64,000 bases of DNA, taken from Candidatus Sumerlaeota bacterium. Lineage in GTDB: Bacteria; Sumerlaeota; Sumerlaeia; UBA8349. The notes beneath the pieces were generated by a model. The model was not told where the DNA came from. It saw only the letters and a program-made list of their open reading frames with translations, and made no database searches. Below are positions 16,061 to 24,900 of this stretch, piece by piece. How positions within the stretch are numbered: the first letter of the stretch is position 1; every line of letters begins with the position of its first letter. The stretch covers positions 2,124-66,123 of the forward strand of contig JAFGFN010000167.1 of assembly GCA_016931035.1 (NCBI GenBank). The letters are read 5' to 3'. The translations under genes and the position numbers were made by a program.

Positions 16061-16885
16061 ATGAAGAAGACTCCTGTTTTTCTAGCGATCCTCCTATTGC
16101 CTCTCGCGTCGCTCTTTAGCGGGTGCGAGACGATCAACCAGGTGACGGGGACCGTCTTTCTCATGACGCCCGAGCAGGAGGCCGCTCTGGGCAAGCAACT
16201 CGCCGTCGATATCGAGAAGCAATACCCGATCTATCGAGGCGATCCGAACACGGCGACTTACATCGAGCGTTTGGGACGCGAGATCGTGGCCTCGTCGCCG
16301 CCGAGCTCTCAGGAGATCCGCTTTCATCTGGTCGATTCCGACGACGTGAACGCCTTCGCCATCCCGGGCGGATCGATCTACGTCCTGCGCGGCCTGCTTT
16401 CCGTGGTCGACGACGAGTCGGAGCTGGCGGGCGTTTTGGCGCACGAGGTCGGCCACGTGGTTCAGCGCCACAGCGCCAAGCGGGTGAGTCAGTCGCAGTT
16501 CTACAGTCTCGTTGGGGAGCTGGCCTTGGGAGAGAACGCCGGCGAGCTGGCTACGCTCTCGACCTCGATCGTCCAGTCCGGGATTCTCCTTCGCAACAGT
16601 CGCCAGGCCGAGTACGAAGCCGACGCCGTCGCCATCGACACGCTTCGCCGGGCCCGAATGGACCCGCGCGGCATGGCGCGATTCCTCGACAAACTCGGAG
16701 GCGCGAGCAGCGGCAAGCCGGGCGGGGCGCTCGCCGCGGTCATGCAATACACCGCCACCCACCCACTGACGCCCGACCGCATCGCGGCGGTCGACGACCG
16801 AATCAAGCGACTCGGCCGCCTCGCCTCGTCGCCGAACTCCGACGGCTTCAACCGCATGAAGGCGCGCTATCCGTCGGTGAAGTGA
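16061..16885 (+). CDS. M48-family zinc metallopeptidase, lipoprotein
   Basis: The signal is MKKTPVFLAILLLPLASLFSGC (lipobox). HEVGHVVQRH is the HExxH motif, with NAFAIPGGSIYV and a distal EYEAD. Confidence 0.85.
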   Translation: MKKTPVFLAILLLPLASLFSGCETINQVTGTVFLMTPEQEAALGKQLAVDIEKQYPIYRGDPNTATYIERLGREIVASSPPSSQEIRFHLVDSDDVNAFAIPGGSIYVLRGLLSVVDDESELAGVLAHEVGHVVQRHSAKRVSQSQFYSLVGELALGENAGELATLSTSIVQSGILLRNSRQAEYEADAVAIDTLRRARMDPRGMARFLDKLGGASSGKPGGALAAVMQYTATHPLTPDRIAAVDDRIKRLGRLASSPNSDGFNRMKARYPSVK

Positions 16886-16929
16886 GAGGAGAAACGCAGA
16901 GCGGTCGTTCCAGACCGCCCGCCAGCGCC

Positions 16930-17310
16930 ATGATCGTCGGTCTAGGAATCGACATCGTCTCGATCGAACGCATTGCCGCGATGCTCGAACGTCACGGCGG
17001 ACGCGCCGCCGCGCGCCTCTACACCGAAACGGAACGCGCGTACTGCGAATCGATGGCCAAGCCCGCCTTGCACTACGCCGCGCGTTTTGCGGCCAAGGAA
17101 GCCTTCGTCAAAGCGCTCGGCACGGGGTTCTCCTCGGGCATCCGCTGGCGCGATATCGGCATCGTGCACGACGCGAAGGGCAAGCCAGAGATCGTTGTCG
17201 AAGGCCAAGCCGGCCAGGCGATGGGCGCCCTCGGCGCCGACCGCTCGTACGTCAGTCTCTCCCACGACCCTCTCCACGCCGCCGCGGTGGTGGTGCTCGA
17301 GAAGTCTTGA
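16930..17310 (+). CDS. acpS: holo-[acyl-carrier-protein] synthase
   Basis: MIVGLGIDIVSIERI...FAAKEAFVKALGTG...SLSHD are canonical AcpS motifs. The in-frame ATG at 16930 lies inside the longer ORF 16123..17310. Confidence 0.9.
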   Translation: MIVGLGIDIVSIERIAAMLERHGGRAAARLYTETERAYCESMAKPALHYAARFAAKEAFVKALGTGFSSGIRWRDIGIVHDAKGKPEIVVEGQAGQAMGALGADRSYVSLSHDPLHAAAVVVLEKS

Positions 17311-17355
17311 AAACGCAACCCCAGAGCCTTCGCCACGGGGCAATCTCTGCGCCTC

Positions 17356-18132
17356 TCAGAGAACGAGCCGTTCTCCGCGGTCGAGCAGGTGAACGCGTTC
17401 GCGAAGACGTTCGGGAAGCGCCCGGACGAATCGCGCGGGTTCGATCGAGTTGTGTTTGAAGCAGTCGTAGTGACACGGGACGATTCGCGCGGGATCGACC
17501 CATTCGACGAGACGGCGCGCTCCTTCGGGGCCCGGGTTGTGGAAGCCTTCGTTGATCGGAACCATCATCGCGTCGGGTTTCGAGTCCCGTACGGCCCGCA
17601 TTCTCTCCGCGTACGTCTCGAAATCGCGATGCGTATCCCCCGTGTTGTAGATCCGAAGACGACCGAACTCGAAGATATACCCGAGGTGAGTCGTCCGGTC
17701 GTGCTCTCCCGTGTTCCGGGCGTAGACCGCCTGCGCGCCGAAAGAGCCGCACTCTATCCGCGCCCCTTCGCTTGCTTCGGTCAACTGCGCCGCTTCGATT
17801 CCCAAGCCTCGGAGTCGATCGCACGATTCGCGCGTTCCGACGAAACGACACTCGGGGTTCGCTCGCGCCAGAGGGCCGAGGGTGTCCGGATCGGTATGGT
17901 CGCGATGGTCGTGGGTGAGAAAGACCCAGTCGGCCCGAATCTCGTCCGGTTCCAGCAGGGGTCGAGGGTGAATGTGATTCTCCGGTTTGACGAGGCGCGA
18001 GACGAAGGGATCGATATGGACGAGAAGGCCGTCCGCCGTCTTGAAGAGGAAATGATTCTGTTCCAGGCGGAAGAGAGCCAGGCCGCCCGGGGGCACGACG
18101 GTTCGATCGACGAAGGAAACGAAATCGGACAT
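17356..18132 (-). CDS. MBL-fold metallo-hydrolase
   Basis: FLTHDHRDHTD is the HxHxDH motif, with a further NTGDT / PCHYD. Confidence 0.8.
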   Translation of the reverse strand: MSDFVSFVDRTVVPPGGLALFRLEQNHFLFKTADGLLVHIDPFVSRLVKPENHIHPRPLLEPDEIRADWVFLTHDHRDHTDPDTLGPLARANPECRFVGTRESCDRLRGLGIEAAQLTEASEGARIECGSFGAQAVYARNTGEHDRTTHLGYIFEFGRLRIYNTGDTHRDFETYAERMRAVRDSKPDAMMVPINEGFHNPGPEGARRLVEWVDPARIVPCHYDCFKHNSIEPARFVRALPERLRERVHLLDRGERLVL

Positions 18133-18172
18133 GGAGAAGTCGCCCTGTCTCGGTGCGGTTGTCGGCCGCGGA

Positions 18173-19039
18173 TCAACGAGGCGTCTGAAGATCGGCGCCG
18201 AAAGTGAAGGGCACTCGGGCCGTGATGTAGGCCCTCTCGGTATAGTCCTTGAGCGGGAGCAAGGCGTTCGTCTTGATCACGGCGTCGAGCGCATAGCGTT
18301 CCAGATTCGAGTTGCCCGGGGTCTCGACCACGTTCCAGTCCGAGATCGCTCCGTTGTTGTTGATCCGGAACTGGACAATGCAGGTGACGGGCGCCGAGAG
18401 GCGGGTGTCGATGCTTTTGGGATAGACGAAGTTCGCCCGCAGCCGCGCGACGGCGTCGGCGACGTAGCCGGCCGGAAGGACCACGTCCCCCTCGATCTGC
18501 ATGGGCGGCGCGAGGGCGGGGTCGGCGCCGTCGGGCGAACCCTTGCGGTCCGGTCGGTTTGGGATACTCTCTTCGGGGCGAGGGGTGGCTTGGGCGATCT
18601 GTTTCGGCGTGGGACTGGGTGTGGCCTTGACTTCTTTGAGCGGCTCGGGAGGCGTCTCTTTCGGTTTCGGCTCGGGCGTGGGGGTCGCCTTGACCTCTTT
18701 CATCGCGACCTTCTTCTTCACCGTCGGACGTTCGATCTCTTTCCTCGGCGCGGGAGTCGGCTTGGGCGTCGGTTTGGGGGTGGGCTTGGGCGTGGGATCG
18801 ACGGCGTTCTCCACCTCGAGATCGCGTTTTACCCCCTTGGGCTCGGTCTTGTCCGATATGGCGGGGAAGGTGTGAATCGTGACGGACGACGGGACGATGC
18901 CGATTCGGAGCCGGCGGTGCGGAGCGGGAAGAACGCTGATCAGGACGACCAGCGCGACGAGTCCGGCGTGTCCCATGGTCGACCAGTAGAACGTCCGCCG
19001 CAGCGACAGGGGGAAGTGCGTCTTGACGCTCCACAGCAT
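18173..19039 (-). CDS. TonB-family energy-transducer-like protein
   Basis: It has an N-terminal TM anchor, a long Pro/Lys/Thr-rich spacer (PTPKPTPKPTPKPTPAP...) and a C-terminal TonB_C-like domain (VTCIVQFRINNNGAISDWNVVETPGNSNLERYALDAV). Confidence 0.7.
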   Translation of the reverse strand: MLWSVKTHFPLSLRRTFYWSTMGHAGLVALVVLISVLPAPHRRLRIGIVPSSVTIHTFPAISDKTEPKGVKRDLEVENAVDPTPKPTPKPTPKPTPAPRKEIERPTVKKKVAMKEVKATPTPEPKPKETPPEPLKEVKATPSPTPKQIAQATPRPEESIPNRPDRKGSPDGADPALAPPMQIEGDVVLPAGYVADAVARLRANFVYPKSIDTRLSAPVTCIVQFRINNNGAISDWNVVETPGNSNLERYALDAVIKTNALLPLKDYTERAYITARVPFTFGADLQTPR

Positions 19040-19114
19040 CTTGTCGGGCAGACCTCCGCGAGCCCACTCCGTCCCAATCTACCGCCGGATTCGGGGCTTT
19101 TCCAATCCTTTTCC

Positions 19115-21754
19115 TCACATCCCGGGGTCGGGTATCTGCTCGGGGGGTAGATCGTCGCCGGTTTGCCACGGCGGGGCGAGGAGGTCGCGAGGGGCTTCCT
19201 CCCGGGGCTCGATTTCGGGGAGCGATTCCTCGGTGGGATCGAACGGGAAGAGCGCGACCGAAGGAGGGACCCAATACACGGCTTCGGACATCTGTCGGTT
19301 TATCTCCGGGTCGGGATGCTGATATTCCCAATACGGGAGGCCGTCGTAACCCGCGCTTTCCTCGGTCGGCTCGGTGTTCTGAATGAACGGGACCTGGGCC
19401 AGGGTTTTCTCGCCGCCGTTCAGGCCCGTCTTGGGCACGAGCAATCCCGTGCGCGACGCGATGTCGCGAAACACGATTCCCGCCGGAACGTCGAACTCCA
19501 TCTTCCAGTCGGTGCGAGTCTCCAGAATGCGGCGCATCGTCTCGCGCCATATCGGACACGCCACCCGCGACCCCGTCATCTGGGGTCCCATCGAGCGAAC
19601 GCCGCGATCGAACCCGACGTAGACGACCAGCGCGAGCTCGGGCGTGTAGCCGACGAACCAGGCATCGACGCAATTGGTCGTCGTGCCCGTCTTGCCCGCG
19701 ATCTCGGGAGTGCGCGACCAGTCGAAGAAGTCCCCGATCGTGGTTCGAGCGGTGCCGTGGCGCACGGCCTCGATCAACATGCGCGTGACGATGTACGCCA
19801 CCTGGGTGGAGATCACGCGACGTTCCTCGCGCGGTTTCATGAAGATGGTTCGTTCTCCGCGCGCCTGAACGCGGGTGACGCACCAGGGGGCGACGGCGAC
19901 GCCCTGGTGCGCGAAGGGGAGATAGGCGGCGGCCAGAGAAAGAGGGGTCACGTTGAGCGAGCCCAGGCACAGAGGCATCTCGGGCCGCATTTTCCAACGG
20001 GCCTGGGGAGGCGACATGTCGAAACGCCGATAGCCCCGGAAAGCAGTCGAGAAACCGAGTTCGCCGAACAGTTTGACTGTGACCACGTTGTTGGATTCGG
20101 CCAACGCCTCGTACAGCGTGGTCGGGCCGCTGTAGCGGTTGGAGTAGTTCCGCGGCACGTAGCCGTTGGAGAACTCGACGCGGTCGTCCATGACCACGCT
20201 CGCGGCGGTCATTCCCGACTGAATCGCGGTGGCATACAGGAGGGGCTTGAACGCCGACCCGGGCTGGCGGGCCGCTTGGGTGGCTCGGTTCCACATCCCG
20301 TCGTTCGACTGGTCGTAGAAGTTCTCGCCCCCGACCAGGGCCAGGATCTGACCCGTCTGGACGTCGAGCAGGACAGCCGCTCCTTGAAGGCGGTGCGTGT
20401 CGGACAACCTCAGTTCGATCTCGCCGCCGGGAGAGACCGCCCGGACGTCGACGTCGATCAGCTTCCCTCGGCGCAGGACGAGGTCGGGATTGTAATAGGG
20501 CTTCACGTACCGACCCGTCCAAGTCATCTCGGTCGTGCCGTCCATCCTGCGGGCGGGGGCCATCTCCTTGTGGAACGGAACGAAGGCCGTATAGCCCTCG
20601 AGCTCGACCCGGACGCCGTCGGGCAGGACTTCGACGATGCGCGCCAGGCGAGTTTGGCCCGGCTTGGGCGCGGTCGCGCCCGATTCCTTCTCGAGATCGC
20701 GGCGTTCGTAAACCAGTCGCGAGGGCTTGGCTTCCTGCCACTTCTTCTCGACTTCGGGCAGTCCGGCCGCAATCTCTTCTTCCAGAATGCGTTGATACTC
20801 GGGGTGCTCGGTCGAGTAGATCCGGTATCCTTCGCGCATCAGAAGGTCTTCTTCGAATTCCGACTCCTCGACGAGCGAGCGCCGCAGGTGATCCACGAAA
20901 TAGGGCGACACGACACGCGGCTGGACGACCTCGCGTTTCTCGGGCAACGGCTCCTTCTTGGCTTCGTCGGCGCGAGTCGGGGTGACAAGACCTTGGCGCT
21001 TCATGTTCTCGAGCACGAGGGCGCGCCGCTCGATGAGGCGTTGCGGCGAGCTGATGGGATTGATCGCGCTCGGCGCCTTGGGTATCGCCGCCAGCGCGGC
21101 GCACTCGGCCAGGGTCAGGTCCCGAGCGTCCTTTCGGAAATAGGTGTGCGCGGCCGACTGCACGCCGTAGGCGTTGTGTCCAAGGAAGATGTGGTTGAGA
21201 TAGAACTCGAGGATTTGATCCTTGGAAAACCGCTCTTCGATTTGAAACGCGATGAACGCCTCGCGAATCTTGCGCCGGATCGAACGTTCGCGTCCCACGG
21301 ACCGTGCGAGAACGTTGCGCGGCAACTGTTGCGAGATCGTGCTCGCTCCTTGGCGCACGCCTCCCGCCTTCAGATTCACCGTGAGCGCGCGGACCACGCC
21401 GCGGAGATCCACTCCGAAATGATCGTAGAACCGTTCGTCCTCGATGGCGACGAAGGCGTTGACGAGATCGCGCGGCATGTCTTCGAGCGCGAGGAGTTCG
21501 CGCCGCTCGTCGAAGAACTCGGCGATCGCGTTGCGGCCCGAGCGATCGAAGACGCGCGTGACCTGGGGTGGGTCGTAGCGTTCGATCTTGTCGATCGGGC
21601 CCTGTTCGCGCACGTAGGCCAGGAGCGCGCCCGTCGCCCCTCCCGCCCCGGCGCAGACCGCGAGGACAAACAGCCAGAACAGAAGGTGGAGCACCTTGGC
21701 CAGAGGGTGGGGATTCCGACGAGAAGAGGACTTGCGGGAAGCCCGGCGAGACAT
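19115..21754 (-). CDS. class A penicillin-binding protein (PBP1A-type transglycosylase/transpeptidase)
   Basis: GT51 motifs are AIEDERFYDHFGVD and GASTISQQLPRN. The transpeptidase has SAFKP, then a KTGTT motif. The start is at MSRRASRK (GGAGG RBS); the ORF extends to 21799. Confidence 0.9.
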   Translation of the reverse strand: MSRRASRKSSSRRNPHPLAKVLHLLFWLFVLAVCAGAGGATGALLAYVREQGPIDKIERYDPPQVTRVFDRSGRNAIAEFFDERRELLALEDMPRDLVNAFVAIEDERFYDHFGVDLRGVVRALTVNLKAGGVRQGASTISQQLPRNVLARSVGRERSIRRKIREAFIAFQIEERFSKDQILEFYLNHIFLGHNAYGVQSAAHTYFRKDARDLTLAECAALAAIPKAPSAINPISSPQRLIERRALVLENMKRQGLVTPTRADEAKKEPLPEKREVVQPRVVSPYFVDHLRRSLVEESEFEEDLLMREGYRIYSTEHPEYQRILEEEIAAGLPEVEKKWQEAKPSRLVYERRDLEKESGATAPKPGQTRLARIVEVLPDGVRVELEGYTAFVPFHKEMAPARRMDGTTEMTWTGRYVKPYYNPDLVLRRGKLIDVDVRAVSPGGEIELRLSDTHRLQGAAVLLDVQTGQILALVGGENFYDQSNDGMWNRATQAARQPGSAFKPLLYATAIQSGMTAASVVMDDRVEFSNGYVPRNYSNRYSGPTTLYEALAESNNVVTVKLFGELGFSTAFRGYRRFDMSPPQARWKMRPEMPLCLGSLNVTPLSLAAAYLPFAHQGVAVAPWCVTRVQARGERTIFMKPREERRVISTQVAYIVTRMLIEAVRHGTARTTIGDFFDWSRTPEIAGKTGTTTNCVDAWFVGYTPELALVVYVGFDRGVRSMGPQMTGSRVACPIWRETMRRILETRTDWKMEFDVPAGIVFRDIASRTGLLVPKTGLNGGEKTLAQVPFIQNTEPTEESAGYDGLPYWEYQHPDPEINRQMSEAVYWVPPSVALFPFDPTEESLPEIEPREEAPRDLLAPPWQTGDDLPPEQIPDPGM

Positions 21755-21845
21755 GAGTTCCTCCATCCCCTTTCTATCACAACGGCCCGATCCCCGCACG
21801 GGTCGTTTCGCTGCGAAGCGTTTCGCGGCCGCCCTCTCGCGCGAA

Positions 21846-21875
21846 GCCGCCCGCCATCGATGTATGGCGGGCGGC
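21846..21875 (-). terminator. 12-bp GC hairpin downstream of the giant surface-protein gene
   Basis: gccgcccgccat (21846-21857) pairs with atggcgggcggc (21864-21875). It lies about 55 nt after the minus-strand stop at 21931. There is no clear U-run. Confidence 0.35.
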
Positions 21876-21930
21876 TCGCACTACAGGCAGCGCGTTCGAC
21901 GATTCTCGGTCGCGCCGCGGGATCGCGGAC

Positions 21931-24900
21931 CTACCGGTACAGCATCCAATCGTCGGCGCTCAAGGGCTGATGCGTGATGACGACGCTGTACATTCTGTAG
22001 CCGGTCGGCATCCCTTCCTCGCGGTTGGGGCCCAGGTAAACGCGTCCGGCCGCGAACGCCTTCTTGAACACCCGGCGCTTTCCCGAGATGTCGGTCCGGA
22101 GCCGCTCGGGCATCTCTTCCCAGCCGTCGAGCCACGAAGGTGGAGTCGGCATGTTATTGGCAATGCCGACATAGACGAACGCCTCCTCGCCCACATTGAA
22201 CGAGAGGAAACTGTCCGTCGTGATCAGGTCCCGATCGGCGTCGAGCGTCTTGATGTAGAGTTCTCCTTCGAGGTAGTCGGGTATCGGGTTGGTGAACTCG
22301 TACGTCCGGTCGTTGTACACTCTCTTCCCGGCATAGAGAATATCGGTCGAGTATCCGGGGCGATCGATATCGGTGACGACCACCGGCGCCGGCGTGCCCG
22401 TTCCCGAGAGAGGCACTTGGGCGACCGGCTCGTCCGCGTCGTTCGTGGCGATCTCCAATAGGGCCGATCTCGCGCCGGTTGCCGTGGGTTCGAAGACGAT
22501 CCCCACGTCCAGCTGCGCTCCGGGGCCGAGGGGCGTTGTCGGCGGGGTGCTGGAGAGGGCGAAGTCCCCGGCATTCGCACCCGTAATGGAGAACCCTCCT
22601 CCGGTGAAGGCGAGGTCCGATACTCCGATGCTCAGCACGTGCGCTATCGACTCCGCCGAAGGACCCATACCCATCGCGTGCATTCCGAAATCGAGCGACA
22701 TCGGACTCACGGAGATCTCGGGACCGCCGAACAATCGCTGACCGAAGATCTCGAACTCGTCGTCGATCAGCCCGCCACGGTTGTCGTCGCCTTCCCACAC
22801 GACCAGGGCTTCTCCGTGACCCGGGTTATACACGGCCGCGGGCGCAAAGCCGCAGTACGCGGTGTCGTAGTCGGGTCCCATGTCGCTGATGCGGAAGTCG
22901 TCGATTCCGACTTCGGCGCCGGTGGCGGCGTCGAGGCGCTGGCCGAACACGTCGGTCTCGTTGGCCAAGCGAGCGGAGATCAGGAAGGGGAATCCCTGGA
23001 AATCCGACGGTGCGCCGTCGAACACCGGGTTCCAGGTCACGCCGTTGTCCGTGGACTGCATCCCGTTGCCCGTTGCGTTGCCCGCTGCCCCAGGATCGAG
23101 CGCGATCGGCGGCGCCCACGGGCCGGTATAGGAAAGGCTCCCACTGGTCTGCCAGTCGAGCCAATACGATCCCGGGGGCAGGATCGCTCCACAGGCGACC
23201 GTGTTGGCCATGATGGGTCGCGTGGCGTCGGCTCCGGAATTCACGTCGGTCACGCGATAAGTTTCTGACCACGCGCTCTGCGCCAGGCGGTTCGTCGAGG
23301 TATCGCCGAAGATCACATTGCTGCCTGGCTCGCCCGGCGGGCCATCCCAGATCCGGTAGTTGACCTCGGTCATGGTGATTTCCGAGTTTGTGGCTCCCGT
23401 CTGGTAGGCATAGAAAACGACTTCGTCGATCCGCCACCCCTGGGGGTCGGGAATCGTGAAGTCATCGGCGATTCGGTTCCCGGCGGAATTCTGATGCCCG
23501 TAGCCGTAAAGGCCCATGCCTCGCGGTGTCAGGAGAATGCTCTCGTCGAATCCGCCCACGCCCGTACCCAGGCTGTTGGCGATGGGCCCGTTGGTCTCGG
23601 GGCCGGGACGGCCGACGATCTGGAAGGGGAATCCTTGTTGGGGCGTGCCCGTGCCGGTATCCAGTGCCGGAGCCCAGGCTCCCGTCCACTGAAGGGCGTT
23701 GCCCGTCACCCCGCTGCCCGCTCCGAGGTCGACCGCGATGGGATCTGCCCAGGGACCGGAGGCGAGCGATCCGCCGCACTGCCAATCGAGCCAGTACGTT
23801 CCGGGAGGCAGAATGACTCCTGCCCTTGCGGTGCTGGCCATGATGGGGCGAGAGGTGTCGGTTCCGGAGCTGGTCTCGGTCACGCGGTAGACGCCCGACC
23901 AGGTCGACCCGGCCAAGCGATTCGTGGTCGTATCGCCGTAGACGACGTGGCTACCCGGATTGTCCGGCGAGCCGTCCCAAATCCGGTAGTTCACATCGGT
24001 CATCGTGGATGTCTCGGTCGTTGCTCCGGTCTGGTGGGCGTAGAAGACGATCTCTTCGATTTGCCATCCTCGGGGATCGTCGATCGTGAAATCGTCGGCC
24101 ACGCGGTATCCAGCCGATACCTGATGGCCGAAACCGTACGTGTTCATGCCCAGGGAGTTGTTCCGAAGAATGCTCTCGTCGAATCCGCCCGAGCCCGTGC
24201 CCGGGCTGTTGAGGATGGGGCCATTGTCGTGGAGAGTCTCGTTGTAGGCGACGAGCGTGCCCGAGGAGAGGATTTGGCCGTCCCACACGACGACGAACTC
24301 GTCGAGATCGCCGTTGTAAACGACCGACGGATTCCGCGCGCCCCCGTCGGGATCGCCCAGTTCGCCCGTGTTGCTGATTGAGAACGGCAAACCGGCGGGG
24401 GCCCCGTTGCCGTCGAGGCGCTGACCCCAGATTTCGAACTCGCCGTCGACGTATCCGCCGCTGCTCTCGTCGCCGTGCCACACTACGAGATACCGATTCT
24501 GGGTCGGACCGTAGGCGACGCTGGGAGCGTAGGCTCCGGTTGTCGTATCGCCCGACGCGCCGCCCATGGCGGTGAGGCGCGTGTCGGAGCCGATCTGCGT
24601 GCCCGCGGAGTTCAGAAGCTGACCCCAGATCTCGATCTCGCCGTCGGCCAGGGGAGGCGTGCCGTCGTCGCCCTGCCACACGACCAGGTACTGATTGTTC
24701 ACGCTGTCCCAAGCGACGGCCGCATTCGTCGCGCTCGACGTTGTTGCGCCGTCGTTCCCCATGTCGCTGATTCGAGACATCCCGCCGACCGGCGCTCCCG
24801 TGTAGTCGGCGCGGCGAATGAAGATCTCGAACTCGTCGTCGACCAGCGGGGCGGTGTCGTCGTCGCCGTGCCAAGCGATCAGGTACTGGTTCGTCGCGGT

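Noticed and set aside
16123-16929. Upstream 269 codons of ORF 16123..17310
   Set aside because: This part overlaps the M48 peptidase gene out of frame. AcpS homology starts exactly at the Met at 16930.
17781-21104. 1107-aa ORF on the minus strand, in a different frame from PBP1A
   Set aside because: It overlaps the PBP1A, TonB-like and MBL genes. The translation is extremely Arg/Pro/Ser/Gly-rich with no recognisable domain, so it is an alternative-frame artefact.
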